Positions 1-13,337 of a stretch of DNA of 64,000 nucleotides are shown here, in pieces. Source of the stretch: Octopus vulgaris (taxonomy: Eukaryota). Under the pieces are notes generated by a model. It worked only from the letters and a program-made list of their open reading frames with translations, was not told the DNA's origin and did no database searches. Each line of letters starts with the position of its first letter. The stretch's first letter is position 1. The stretch covers positions 24,800,001 through 24,864,000 of the forward strand of contig OX597836.1 in NCBI GenBank assembly GCA_951406725.2. Direction: 5' to 3'. The translations under genes and the position numbers were made by a program.

Positions 1-52
1 TTTTATTCAGTCAGCCATACTCGATTAACAAGTTGATCGTCATCATTTAGGT

Positions 53-167
53 GTGTATGTATGTATGTATGTATGTATGTATGTATGTATGTATGTATGT
101 ATGTATGTATGTATGTATGTATGTATGTATGTATGTATGTATGTATGTATGTATGTATGTATGTATG

Positions 168-196
<29 letters not shown>
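53..196. repeat. (TATG)n microsatellite, representative of dozens of (TA)n, (TATG)n, (GATA)n, (CA)n and (TAA)n tracts
   Basis: Direct tandem repeat. It explains the MYVC/HTYI pseudo-ORFs. Confidence 0.99.
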
Positions 197-199
<3 letters not shown>

Positions 200-406
200 G
201 TTAATCCAAACATGAAAACACAAAGAGAAAACACAACAACGCGAGGACGTGGAACAAATATAGTATTATTGGACGCTCAGGAAGGAAGGGAAGAAGGAGG
301 GTTTAACGTTTCGAGCGGAGCTCTTCGTCAGAAACATAGGAAAAGGAAAGATCCAGAGAAGGGAAGACGGAGGAAAAAAATCGCCAACGGTACACACGCG
401 GTCACA
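197..406 (-). mobile_element. ~210-bp hammerhead-containing short element (Penelope pLTR-like/retrozyme-like, family P1) inserted in (TATG)n
   Basis: Unique sequence between two TATG tracts, similar to 895-1089, 7677-7854 and 13033-13240, with a central hammerhead core. Confidence 0.7.
301..335 (-). ncRNA. Minimal type I hammerhead ribozyme motif
   Basis: Minus strand GTTT-CTGACGA-A-GAGC(tcc)GCTC-GAAA-CGTT-AAAC: core boxes, stem II, palindromic ACGT stem III, stem I GTTT/AAAC. Confidence 0.75.
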
Positions 407-894
407 TGTATGTATGTATGTATGTATGTATGTATGTATGTATGTATGTATGTATGTATGTATGTATGTATGTATGTATGTATGTATGTATGTATGTGAC
501 TCCACGGTTTCCAGTAATGCCTTCGTCCCATGTTAAACAGATCCATGGCTGAAGTCATTGTTTTCACTAATCATCAACGGATGACCATGATTGCTTTAGA
601 CGTCATTTAGTTTGCTTCTTTTATTATTCTTTTTCTGGCAGCTGTTAGGTCATTGTCAAACCTGACAGACGAACTATCAATTATGTATATTAGTTCTTGG
701 TTTTATTTTTCGAAATTCTCAAGAACGGAGAAAAAAAGCTGGTTTCTAACCCTAAAGCAATACTCACTGGAATTTAGACATCAAACAGGGTCTACATCTA
801 TGTATACATGCATCAGAGAATACATGTATGCATGTGTGTGTGTGCATATGCCAGTACACATATATGCATGTATCCATTTATCTATGTGCATATA

Positions 895-1089
895 GTTGAA
901 ATTAATAGAAAACAAAAGACGAAGACAGGTGTATGAACAACAAGCAAGTGTATTAGTTTGACACTCGGGAAAAATGGAAAAGTGTTTTACGTTTCAAGCC
1001 TACGCTCTTCATCAGAAAAGAATAAGAGAAATTTAAACAGAGAGAGAATGAAAAAAAAACGTGTAGAGTTCAGCGATCCAACATGGCGA
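895..1089 (-). mobile_element. P1 short element with hammerhead motif at 985-1020
   Basis: Minus strand TTTT-CTGATGA-A-GAGC(gtag)GCTT-GAAA-CGTA-AAA, GUA cleavage triplet, flanked by simple repeats. Confidence 0.75.
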
Positions 1090-1449
1090 ATATATGCATA
1101 TATACATATATGCATACAAGCACGCATGCATACACGCATACATACACATACATGGATGCTGGCTTGAATGCCATTGCATATATAGATCTTATTACATGTT
1201 AAACTTCATGAATGTCTCACCTACTTTAACAGTACCGTTAATAGCTTTTGTCTGTAATCTTACGATTAGGCGTGTTGCTTCTCGTTTTGTGAAACTCAAC
1301 TTGTCAGGATTTATGATAAGGCAGCTACATTGCTGTTTTTTCATGGCGAAAGCATACAATGGATGTGGTGCCAACTGCGATTAGTATACGACATATTGAC
1401 AAATATATTGATTCAAATATACATCTTTATAAAATTAAAATAATACGTA

Positions 1450-1614
1450 GGCGTAGGAGTAGCTGTGTGGTAAGTAGCTTGCTTACCAACCACATGGCCC
1501 CGGGTTCAGTCCCACTGCGTGGCACCTTGGGCAAATGTCTTCTACTATAGCCTCGGGCCTTCCAGAGCCTTGTGAGTGAATTTGGTAGACGGAAACTGAA
1601 AGAAGCCCGTCGTA

Positions 1615-1679
<65 letters not shown>

Positions 1680-1894
1680 GTGTGTTTGTTTGTGTGTCTG
1701 CGTTTGTCCTCCCAACAACGCTTGACAACCGATGCTGGTGTGTTTACGTCCCCGTAACTTAGCGGTTCGGCAAAAGAGACCGATAGAATAAGAGTACTAG
1801 GCTTCCAAAGAATAAGTCCTGGGGTCGATTTGCTCGACTACAGGCGGTGCTCCAGCAAATGACTGAAATAAGTAACAGAGTAAAGAGTAAAGAG
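1450..1894 (+). mobile_element. tRNA-derived SINE family A with internal (TA)n
   Basis: A/B-box-like head (TAGCTGTGTGG, GGTTCAGTCCC), GTAAAGA-repeat tail, at least 8 further copies in the window. Confidence 0.9.
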
Positions 1895-2728
1895 ATACAA
1901 TATCTCAAAATGATTGGAAAAGTGAAAAACATTTGCAGAAAACAAACTATAGGTGACATAGTTCTTATGTACGGTGGAGCACATTTCCATGGTTGTTTTT
2001 GTGTAGATATTTAAAATTTCTAGTATTGACGGAGAGTAATCCACGACAGTTTCCTAATCCTTTATAACAGTGCTGTGTTGTATTTTAAAAAAACTGATAC
2101 GATCAACCTGTCTTCGACACATAGGGTGTACATGCGGTAACTATGAATTCTGATTGCTATATGAGCGTGGAAATGCAGAAACTTAATTTTTGTCGCTGTG
2201 TTCATGTTGTGCAACTTACTTTTCCAAAATGGCAAAGATATGCGATTAATACATAACATCTACTGTCTCAACATGATGGATGGACTTCCCAGTAACAGCT
2301 TCCCAGAACGTTATTAAAGAAATGCTTATCAGCATATTAAAATGTGATGACCTACTCTATAGCCAGGCCTTTTGGTTTGTGATTAGTTATTTGGGGTTAT
2401 CTCAAAGTGACCCGCGGGCGCTAGATGATCGGAAGGTCCCGATTCAGAGATAAATTCAAGAAGTGGTGTGATTTAGAATTCCAAACTTCCAGGCGAGGCT
2501 ACAAGTATTTATGACAAACCATGGGAAATATTTCGATATCATTATCTTCAAGATAAAGCGAATAGTTTTTGCGTTGCATGTTTATAAATAGCATATTGTT
2601 ATGAACATTTAGATAATAACAGTCGTGTGTGTGAGTATGTGTGTGTGTGTGTGTGTGTGTGTGCACGCGCGTGCGTGCGTATATTAGAAAACTGTCATTA
2701 TTAAAAGATGAGAGGATATTCATTGTGG

Positions 2729-3030
2729 TCCTAAAACTGACACACTCGAGTGAATGAAATCATCATCATCATTGTTCGACCGTGGTCGAGACAATGGAAT
2801 TTACCATGCTACGCCAGACTTCACGGTCCATCATGGCATTACGGAGGTCCTGTTGCTGGATGCCTGTATCCCTGGAGATTACATCAGGGATACAGGCATC
2901 CAGCAACAGGACCTCCGTAATGCCATGATGGACCGTGAAGTCTGGCGTAGCATGGTAAATTCCATTGTCTCGACCACGGTCGAACAATGATGATGATGAT
3001 TTCATTCACTCGATTGTGTCAGTTTTAGGA
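2729..3030. repeat. Near-perfect palindrome (146-bp arms, 10-nt loop) built from an RTE-type LINE 3' end plus flank
   Basis: Arms 2729-2874 and 2885-3030 with one mismatch. Each encodes RDTGIQQQDLRNAMMDREVWRSMVNSIVSTTVEQ* followed by a (TGA)n tail. Confidence 0.92.
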
Positions 3031-5416
3031 GCCATCTACTCGCAATACCAGAGGGCGCACACTCTCCTACCCTGGTGTAATCTCCAGGGATACAAAGATA
3101 AAAGAGAAAAAAGGTGAATGAAATATAGACGAGCAAAGAATAGTAGAAACAAACCACGTTAGCATTCGGAAAACTTTCGACCGATGTAAAGCTACAGAAT
3201 CAGGTCTGGAAGGTCAAACATTTTCAATGAAACATTCTGTTCAAAGATCCCCAAAATCTAGTAACAGGAATAGTTTTCATTTGTCAATGGTTCAGGAAAA
3301 CCTGTTTCAGCTGAACAATGACAGATCAACGTTTATCTCAATTGTACATGACGAGTTAACATCAATAAAAGACTTTTTCGAGATTGAACGTTGAGTAGAG
3401 TTTTCTTTCCTTTGCCATCTCAGTTTCTTATCGTGAATTTTATGCCTTTCTCGTAATTCTATTCTCCACGTGTTTCTTTAGCTGCATTACACACGTACTT
3501 TGTGGATTTTGATGAAAAAGAAATTGTCGTTCATTCTTTCCGCTTTAGAAATGCCTGCTGGGCAACTTTATTTGTTGTTAATGTTTGAATATTGCAGCTT
3601 CTCCATTCCTTTGAAACATGGATTCTCTTAATATCTATGGACTTGAATATTGCACAGCGATCAAAGCCAGGTGTCTTGTTGATAACAAGTAACCGTTAAT
3701 GCTTTTTCTTAATCACCCCCATCTCCACTACCCACCCAGCATGCTTCACAACTCCAACAATTTGGAAGAGTAATTCCTTCATCTTGTACAATCTCAGGAA
3801 TTTCATTTTATGCCAATGCTGAAATCTGATATTCAATCAATTCTTGCTTTAAAAAATTATTTCTCATAGAAATTGCTAAAAGTTTTCTTCGAAATGTTAT
3901 CATTCACTGAAGTTGCTAAACGTTCTCTTTTAATCTTGAACCTGCCTGGAATCACTTATTGGAATTTTTTCTCAAAATGTTTATCCTATTTTGCTGCAGC
4001 TCCATTTCAAGGATCCAGATTGTGAATAAGCACTGTGAAAATACTCCAATACCACATATGCATTTCATGGCAAATTCTAAAACGAATCATTATTTCATAT
4101 TTAACTAACGCAAGAAACATAGTGATATAGTTCCATGCAAAAGCTAGTGTTACTTTTAATTAAATGTCTGTTAGTTTTGTCATGCTAAAACGAATTATTT
4201 CTTAATAATAAATGAATACAATGACCATTTGTTATAGTGACTATTTGCTAAAATACGAGTGTAAATAATAATTCAGAAGTCCTTTTGGAGAATTTCAAAG
4301 TAAAATTTCTATGTGACCAAACAGAAATAGAAATATCAATTATACTCTAAAATAATACAAACGAAGCCAAATATGAAACAGTGCCAGAAGTTATTGTCAA
4401 AGAAATGAACGATAAAGTTGCTTTTTTATACATAGTTTCCATTGTAAAATCTCGTGTGTTGCAAAAACGTTATTTGTATTTCAACAGTTTTTCGGTAATG
4501 TTAAAATACGAATAGACGAAGATATTTCAGGGATTTTTTTGAGGGAGTCATGCGGCTAATTGAAGAAAGTAATGAAAGAGTGTCAAGGAGAATTTCAGAT
4601 GTAGAATTAAGTTGTGCAACAGAATTCCATCACACTACTTAATTTTCAGCAAATGCAAGCATATGGATAAATTTGTTTTAACGAAATGGAGGACACCACA
4701 ATCTCCGGATTCAGCAGCTGTCTCAGAGATGTTGGACTCCTCTCCATTGAATTATTCTACAACAATTAGGTTATGACTTCCATAATCAAACGGAACTTAA
4801 CTCTAATTCTATTTCTTTCCTTTCTTTTGAAACGCCTTTTTGTCGAGTATCAATTTGTCAAAAAAAAAGCTTTATTTATAACAGTATTAACGTATGGAAT
4901 AATATTTTACCACGAAAGCTAAAAAACATTTTTTTTGCTGTCAAATTTCGAAACATCATTAAAAACCCACCTTCTGCTGAACCAAAACTCATTTATAAAC
5001 TTTATTTTACAGACCTACAGTATTTATAACATTTGTTGTAATATTTTATATTTCCAAACTTAAAGAGGTTTACTTTTTATATACGTTTTTGACCACTTTG
5101 CTTGCATGCAAAGAATGTTTCATTTTTATATATGATTATTGACCTTTTTTTTTTTTTAACCTCCTACCAACTTGCCCAAATCAAGTAAGCTGCCAAAGGG
5201 CTTAATTCGATTTTTTAATAAAATTTCTGAAAGCCTTTTTTGTAATCGTTACTTATTTGTAATCGATAAAAAAAATATACGATTTAAATTGGATTAATAA
5301 ATTTACTTATAATCTATTATTTATTTATTTTCCTCTTTTATTCACCTTTTGTCTTCTCATTGCACTTTTTGCAAAAAACCTTCTCCCTTTTTCTCGTGGT
5401 TTCTCATGTACCAGCC

Positions 5417-5505
5417 AAAGCCCGAAGATTGCTCGGAGACACAAGGCACGTCATAAAAACCTGTCTAATCATGTGTCCTGAACGCAAGAAACTATTGGTA
5501 GCTCT
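5417..5505 (+). ncRNA. Type I hammerhead-like motif with extended stem II
   Basis: AGC-CCGAAGA-TTGC...GACACA/TGTGTC...GCAA-GAAA-CTATTG-GTA-GCT, with one core substitution (U4C). Confidence 0.6.
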
Positions 5506-6769
5506 TACTTTAATACAATGTAAATGAAATTATACATGGAAATATATTAAGAAATAGTAAGTATAATAATCCTAGAAAATGAGAATCCGCTTGTGACAGA
5601 TTACATGGTATAATGCGCCATACGAGGCACAACTAGGCACCAGCATACCAAGAAAATTGTTCCTGATTTTGGAAAAGTATTTCCCACCAGCAAGTAAATA
5701 TAGTAGGTTACTTAACAGACAAACAGTTAAACTTGCAAGTTCAACTACAAGAAACTTGGCTGAAATTATAGCAGGACAGAATACAAACAAGTTACGCGAG
5801 TTCACTGAAGTGAATTGAGACAATCTACTTAATAATAATAATAATAATAACAACAACAACAACAACAACAACAACAATAATAATAATAATAATCATAGGG
5901 TTGGTAGCAATAACAATAATAAAAAAATTGGTAATAATGATATTAATAGCAGTGGAAATAGCAATGATGATAATAATACTGATTATTTTCATGATATCGG
6001 TAGTACTGGTCAAAGCTGTAGTAATAATAACGTTAAGTAAATTTAGGATAGAAATCTACCTAGAGTCACATATAATATTTCTGTATTCATGTGTGTGTCA
6101 CATGTATCATATCGTAAAGCAGATGAGGAGCCTAGCTCAACAGCCAATTTTGTGACAATAGATGGAATATAAAGTTTTGTAATAAAAGTGTCGATAAAAG
6201 GTTAAACTGTTTATGTAACTTCGAAATCTCTCCTGAATAAGCATGTCCAGTGGATAAACAATCCTGAAGAAATACCTTAGTGTAGAAATAAATGCTCAGT
6301 AACACTAGGGGAATGTACTTACTATCATATAGGTGCTTATGAAGCTGACTTCAAGTCAAGATTATATAATCACATCTCGTCGTTTAAATTTAGGTATGAT
6401 AAATATCATACTTAATATTCCTCGCTTTAAATATCATAATAGTTATGGTATTAAATGGCCTATAATATCGCATAATGGTGATGAACTATGTAAAAATTAA
6501 TGTATCTGAAATGCGCTTTCTTTTGTTTTTCTAGTATACTCAGCGACTTTATGCTGAATTTATTCCATGTAAACGTTGGATTTACAAATTGGACAGGCGA
6601 CGGAATTTTAATTTACAGATTACGTGGATTAAAATAACTTTTTCACTGGTCAACTTGGATAGCCACGTTTGATTCCTACAGAATGTTTTGATTTTTAATC
6701 CCATTTTCCATTTCTATGTATGTATGTATGTATGTATGTATGTATGTATGTATGTATGTATGTATGTAC

Positions 6770-6805
<36 letters not shown>

Positions 6806-6885
6806 CACTGAAGAAATAAGTGACATAGCTATCCTCTTTATGCAGCTCAACTGAGTAACGCTCTGACAGAGCTTCAGAAATATAA

Positions 6886-7126
6886 AATTAAGGAGAGGAG
6901 AAAACAAATTCGAAGGTCGTTTGTAAATTTTTATATATGTATTAACTTTTATATATTTATAAATTTTCGTGTATATGTATGTATTTATAAATTCTTAGAA
7001 ATCTTTATATATCATATAGATGAATGCATCTATGTATGCACTTTGTATACGATGGCGAACTTCGTTAATATGGATTGAATGAATATATACATCGGCCTTT
7101 GAATTTGTTTTCTCCTCTCCTTAATT
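6886..7126. repeat. 34-bp inverted repeats between (TA)n tracts, Penelope-like inverted terminus
   Basis: AATTAAGGAGAGGAGAAAACAAATTC (6886-) versus GAATTTGTTTTCTCCTCTCCTTAATT (-7126). Confidence 0.65.
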
Positions 7127-7149
7127 ATATATAAATATATATATATATA

Positions 7150-7593
7150 TACTCCACCCCCTACCCCTTAAGTTTGTCACTAATGTTTTTTAGTATAACA
7201 CCTACGCTAATTCTATAAACAAGCCTGTCAATATAAATATTCTCCTGAATTGAACTGAGACTGCCAGCCGCCACTGACCATTCAAAATACGACCATCAGG
7301 GCACTCCCAGATTCTCCCACCACCCTTTCCTCACCAGCCTTCCCTCTACTACCCTACCAAGAACTCACAACTACCTCGAACACACAAGTGCAAACAAGGG
7401 AGTCAGAGAAAGGCAGAATGCCACTTAAATCTGAACACTACTATAGAAATATTCTTTTAAAAAAACTTTTCTTCTAATTTTTCTAAATTTAATTATTTAA
7501 TCGTTACAGTTGAAAAGGTCTCAAAATGACCGAAACCGGTACTGAAATGTTCACTATAGAATTATTTTAGCATTTTCTATTTTTTACTTGTTT

Positions 7594-7597
<4 letters not shown>
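7150..7597 (+). mobile_element. Penelope-like element 3' fragment with decayed hammerhead (7507-7544)
   Basis: ...YKYSPELN* resembles the PLE C-terminal PxLN motif. It is followed by CAG-TTGAAAA-GGTC..GACC-GAAA-CCGG-TA-CTG. Confidence 0.55.
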
Positions 7598-7676
<79 letters not shown>

Positions 7677-7680
<4 letters not shown>

Positions 7681-7851
7681 ACGAAAAAAGCAAAAGACGA
7701 AGACAGGTGGTGTAGAAAACAAACAGATGTATTAGTATAACGCTCAGGAATAGAAAAAGTCTTTTACGCTCTTCTACAGAAAGGGACACAGAAAAAACGA
7801 GAGAAACAAGGAGAGAAAAAAATTTGTGTAGTGGCTAACGATCTATCATGG

Positions 7852-7854
<3 letters not shown>
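7677..7854 (-). mobile_element. P1 short element with deleted hammerhead
   Basis: Homologous to 895-1089 but lacks the segment between the two TACG direct repeats. Confidence 0.7.
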
Positions 7855-7910
<56 letters not shown>

Positions 7911-8499
7911 TTAATGTTCATAAATAACGACATATAAGTTAGAGAGAAAGAGTGTAATTGAGAGCTAGCTACCTACCTACTTTATCACCTGTCCATTACT
8001 TTACAAACCAATATGCAAGAAAAATTATTTTCTACCCAGATGTTTCATTTTGTTCTTTTTTTACTTAATTACTGTAATTATTTCATTTCATTTAAACTAT
8101 TAGATGGTTGATTGGCTACGTTCTGAGTTCAAATCCAACAGAGATCAACTTTACCTTTAATCATCTCATGTCGAGTAAATAAAAGTACGAATCAAATACT
8201 GGTATTGATTTAATTGACTAACCTTGTCCCCCTCAAAACTCATGGCTTTTTTGCGCAAAATCAGACACCATCTAAACTTATATATGAATATGTACTCACC
8301 TGTCTCTCCTTGTACACAGAAAGTGTCCCACTTCTTGTAGCAGGGATTTACTATAGAAAGTGAATTCCTTATAAACCCTTTGGAACCAGGAAATGTAGAT
8401 TTCCTTCAATTTTGTTTCGTTTTGAATTCTATTTTATCATACTAAAGAATTGTTAATCCAAAAAGTTTTATATTTCTTATAATATATTTTTTAAATAAT

Positions 8500-8702
8500 C
8501 CTTTCTACTATAGGCACAAGGCCTAGAATTTAGGGGAGGGGTGGAGTCGATTACATCGACCACAGTACACAACTGTTACTTATTATACCGATCCCGAAAA
8601 ATGAAATGCAAAGTCAACCTCAGTGGCATTTGAACATAGAATGGACGAAATACCGCTAAGCATTTTGCCGGGCGTGCTAACGGTTCTGCCAGCTTGCCGC
8701 CT
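8500..8702 (-). mobile_element. SINE family B (tail type 1)
   Basis: Head GGCGGCAAGCTGGCAGAA and B-box-like GTTCAAATGCC on the minus strand, multi-copy. Confidence 0.85.
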
Positions 8703-8995
8703 TTATATGTTATCAAATAATAGCAAGCTTAATCTTCTATACTTTAATTTTAAGTTCAAGAGTACTACTGTGGTGATAAATATCGTTTCTCGGATCGAAG
8801 TAGAATATTAATTCAGAAGTTCGTTGATATTTAACCATTAGCACAAATCTCTTTTTGGAGAGGATTTATTTTCAGGAGAATTAAATTTTCATATATCAAT
8901 GTACTCTCTCTATAACGTCCAGAAGTTTGTTATGAGATGAGCCCTCTTAGTTACATAACAGCTATTTTGATTTATCGAAATTCCATTAACAACCA

Positions 8996-9392
8996 GGCGC
9001 AGGAGTGGCTGTGTGGTAAGTAGCTTGCTAACCAACCACATGGTTCCGGGTTCAGTCCCACTGCGTGGCATCTTGGGCAAGTGTCTTCTGCTATAGCCTC
9101 GGACCTACCAAAGCCTTGTGAGTGGATTTAGTAGACGGAAACTGAAAGAAGCCTGTCGTATATATATATATATGTATGTGTGTGTATATGTTTGTGTGTC
9201 TGTGTTTGTCCCTCTAGCATTGCTTGACAACCGATGCTGGTGTGTTTACGTCCCCGTAACTTAGCGGTTCGGCAAAAGAGACCGATAGAATAAGTACTGG
9301 GCTTACAAAGAATAAATTCCGGGGTCGATTTGCTCGACTAAAGGCGATGCTCCAGCATGGCCGCAGTCAAATGACTGAAACAAGTAAAAGAG
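8996..9392 (+). mobile_element. SINE family A
   Basis: Full-length match to 1450-1894. Confidence 0.9.
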
Positions 9393-9630
9393 CCACCTAC
9401 CCTTAAAAACAATCAGAACAAACTTTTTTCACACAATACCCCTTACTAATCTTACTTCACTATAATTCTCTTTTTCTTCCTTCTCTTTCAGCTTTCTCTC
9501 TTACTCTTCTCTTTTTCCCTCTCTTTCTATTCCCATCTACCACATCACCTCTTCTCCTTTCTCTTATCTTATCACTCTTGTGAATCCGTCCATCCATTGT
9601 CTTTTTCTTTTGTTCTTGTTGAGTACAAAT

Positions 9631-10017
9631 GGCTGGAAGCACTCCGTCGGTTACGACGACGAGGGTTCCGGTTGATCCGATCAACGGAACAGCCTGCTCT
9701 TGAAATTAACGTGTAAGTGGCTGAGCACTCCACAGATCACGTGCACCCTTAACGTAGTTCTCGGGGATATTCAGCGTGACACAGAGAGTGACAAGGCCGG
9801 CCCTTTGAAATACAGGTACAACAGAAACAGGAAGTAAGAGTGAGAGAAAGTTGTGGTGAAAGAGTACAGCAGGGATTACCACCATCCCTGCCGGAGCCTC
9901 GTAGAGCTTTAGGTGTTTTCGCTCAATAAACACTCACAACGCCCGGTCTGGGAATCGAAACCGCGATCCTACGACCGCGAGTCCGCTGCCCTAACCACTG
10001 GGCCATTGCGCCTCCAC
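9631..10017 (-). mobile_element. tRNA-derived SINE family C, full length with 11-bp TSD
   Basis: Head GTGGAGGCGCAATGGCCCAGTGGTTAGGGC...GGTTTCGATTCCC. TSD TGAGTACAAAT at 9620-9630 and 10018-10028. Confidence 0.92.
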
Positions 10018-11060
10018 TGAGTACAAATACGATGACACTTAACAGCTACGAGTATCTCGGAAGATGTCTGAAAATAGCGAAACATGTCTGCATACCGTGA
10101 GATACTCGTAGAAGTTGGTTTCTTTTTGGGATTATTTCTCTCTCCGAAGAACTGTGAAACTGGTGAAGAAAGTTTGTAGATTGCAACTTTTGGGTTCAAT
10201 AAAATATGCGTATGCGCTAGTGTGCGCGTCGTGCACATGTGTGTGCGTGTGCGTGTATTTGTGCGTGTATGTATGTGTATGTGTGCATGTGTGTGTGTGC
10301 GGGCATGTGTGTGCACGCGCGCGTATTTCTGTGTGCGTGCATGTGTGTGTGTGTTCGCACACGTGTGTGCGTGTGTGTGTGTGCATGTGTGCGCTTATGT
10401 CTGTGTGTGTGCGTATGTGTGTGAGTGTGTGTGCAGGCATGTGTGTGCATGTTCATGCATGTATGCGCGCGTGTGTGCGTATGCATGTGTGTGTGTGAGT
10501 GCGCGCATGTATGTGTGTGTGAGTTTGCACGTGTGTACGCATGCATGTGCGTGCGTTTGTGTGCGTGTATGCGTGTGTCCGTGCATGTGCGTGTGTATAT
10601 GTGTGCGTGTGTGTGTGTGAATGCATATATAAGTGTGTGCGCGTGCATATGTGTGTATGTGTGTGTGTGAGTATGTGTATGTGTGTGTGTGTGTGTGTGT
10701 GCATGTCATGACAGTGGTGATGATGTATGTGACTACGTGTAGGTCTAAATTTCTAGATGATCCGAAAAACATGGTTTTGTTACTTTTCGGATAAAAACAA
10801 CAGCAACAGCAACAACAACAACAACAACAGCAACAACAACAGCAACAACAACGACGACTACAGCAATGCGAGATCCACCCAGAACGTACTCTTGTCTTGT
10901 CACCACCCCACCATCACACTCCACCCGAGAGTTCAGCAGACCCACATCCACATCGACAAATATTATTAAATATGCTCCTTCTTTCCTTCTTTATTCTATA
11001 ACCTGTAATCCGATCTTGTGTATATATTGAATCGATAGCAGATCATAAGGGATTTAAGTC

Positions 11061-11101
<41 letters not shown>

Positions 11102-11258
11102 AAGGCAAGATGCTGCTCTTCCGTCATATGTGTAATCTGATTAATAACTGGGAGTGTGATTAATAGATCAGATCAGCCACGGAAATGGGTGCGCGGGTGT
11201 GTGAATCCACGAACGAGGTGTACATTCATAGGCACGTACGTATATAAGAATACCTATG

Positions 11259-11293
<35 letters not shown>

Positions 11294-11407
11294 GCATCTG
11301 TGTATGTGTATGCGCGTGCATATATATGTACATGCATACATATACATACTCATATAAACATGCATACATATATAGATATGTAGATATATATATATATATA
11401 TATATAT

Positions 11408-11462
<55 letters not shown>

Positions 11463-12001
11463 TATTTACATACACGCACATATAATTATATATACATATA
11501 TATAAATACATATACGTGTGTGTGTTTGTGTGTGTGTGTGTGCGTGCGTGTGTGTGTGAGTGTGTGTGTTTGTGTGTGTGTGTGTGTGTGCGTGCGTGTG
11601 TGTGTGAGTGTGTGTGTACTACATTTGCTTTTACTGGTTCCTGCTGGAGCACTGCCTTCAATGTAATTGGTTTTTATATCACACTCACTCCCAGGTTTTC
11701 TTACCGAAATTGTTTCTTCTAAATTAGCGAGTTGGAGAGAGCTGCCTTTCTCCGTGCTTCTCGCCGCAGTGGTACACGTTCATCTGGAATGTCAGATAAG
11801 AATTCACCACTTTGAAACACATCCATATCCACATCTCACAGGTCTTTGCTGTTGTTTGGCAGAGCGTTGAGAAGTTGTGGCTCTTGAAACCTACTGGGGC
11901 CTTATTCGAGATGAAGAGACAGTTCTTTGGTACTATGTCGTGGCATCCACTTCAATTGTATAGCTTTCAATTTCAAAGCTAGCTGCTACAATTTTCAGGA
12001 T

Positions 12002-12066
<65 letters not shown>

Positions 12067-12239
12067 TTTATTTAAAAGCAGCAGAAATTCAACAAAACCT
12101 GTTACTCGGAGTTTCACGTTCCCGAGTTTCCATCTTGTTTCACATTTATGTGTTTACTCCGGTATATATATATATATATGTATATACTACTACTAAGTGA
12201 AATTTATTAATTTTATTAAATTAATTATATTTGACCCCT

Positions 12240-12296
<57 letters not shown>

Positions 12297-12650
12297 ACGC
12301 TTCATTTACACGTTCGCCACCACAAACTCGTTTAGGCTTAGCAGCCCTTCCTGTTTGTTTTCACTGTCCTGTTTGTGCTATCTATTTTGACCCTCCGCAA
12401 AAATCCCAAATTTTATTTAATTTGCTTTGCGGGAGCAACTGTTTCTTCGAAAGCGTATATTGTTGTTAAATGCTCGAAATACGAGACTAGAAAAACAGCC
12501 AACAACTGACGAATGGTCGATCTTTATGTTGTTTGCTTTGTTTTCCATTTCTGTCTTTCGTTATTCGAAAGAATAGTTCATGTTCCATGGAATTGTGGTT
12601 CGTATATTTTTGTTGTACACATTTCATGACGTCCTCTGCCCACATATGCT

Positions 12651-12743
<93 letters not shown>

Positions 12744-12775
12744 GTAGGTATGTACATATACTTATGTATATATGC

Positions 12776-12806
<31 letters not shown>

Positions 12807-13032
12807 GAAAATAGTAAAAAGTGAAAAAACTACAGAAGGCTTAAAGGTTAAAGAATATATATATTTGCGTCAATATGTCTGAAGAATATTAAATTTTTTT
12901 TTTCCTTACAATGACATAGTTTAGAAGAAAGACCGGTTTCGCGTTTAGCTTTTCAAATTTCTTACGATGTTATGTTTATGTTGAATAGAGTTATCGTTAT
13001 GTTTATGTTTAAAAGGGTTCTATATATTTCAT

Positions 13033-13240
13033 CATGGTAAACCGTTAATCCCGACACATCGTTTTTCTCGCCCCGTTTTTTTTCTTTTTTTCTCCATTTT
13101 TGTGCCTCTCATCCTTTTCTGTTGAAGGGCGTTGGCCCGAAACGTCAAAGACTTTTCCGTTCTTCCTTCGCATCGAACTAATACACATGCTTGTTGTTCC
13201 TTCACCTGTCCTTGTCTTTTGTCTTCTGTAAATTTGAACA
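13033..13240 (+). mobile_element. P1 short element with hammerhead motif at 13114-13150
   Basis: CTTTT-CTGTTGA-A-GGGC(gttg)GCCC-GAAA-CGTC-AAAG, GUC triplet. Stem II covaries with the other copies, core A6 is mutated. Confidence 0.7.
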
Positions 13241-13242
13241 AG

Positions 13243-13337
<95 letters not shown>

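Noticed and set aside
2754-3005. Near-identical 78-aa ORFs on both strands
   Set aside because: A consequence of the palindrome. Only the C-terminal half is real RTE coding remnant.
3400-4100. Minus-strand decayed transposase
   Set aside because: Coding-like composition, but no diagnostic motif could be identified.
9940-10017. tRNA gene
   Set aside because: The tRNA-like head continues into a SINE body, is bounded by a TSD and lacks a proper acceptor stem.
12470-12530. Type II hammerhead (GAAA...CTGACGA), also at 54915-54960 on the minus strand
   Set aside because: The core words are conserved in both copies, but I could not form convincing stems I and III.
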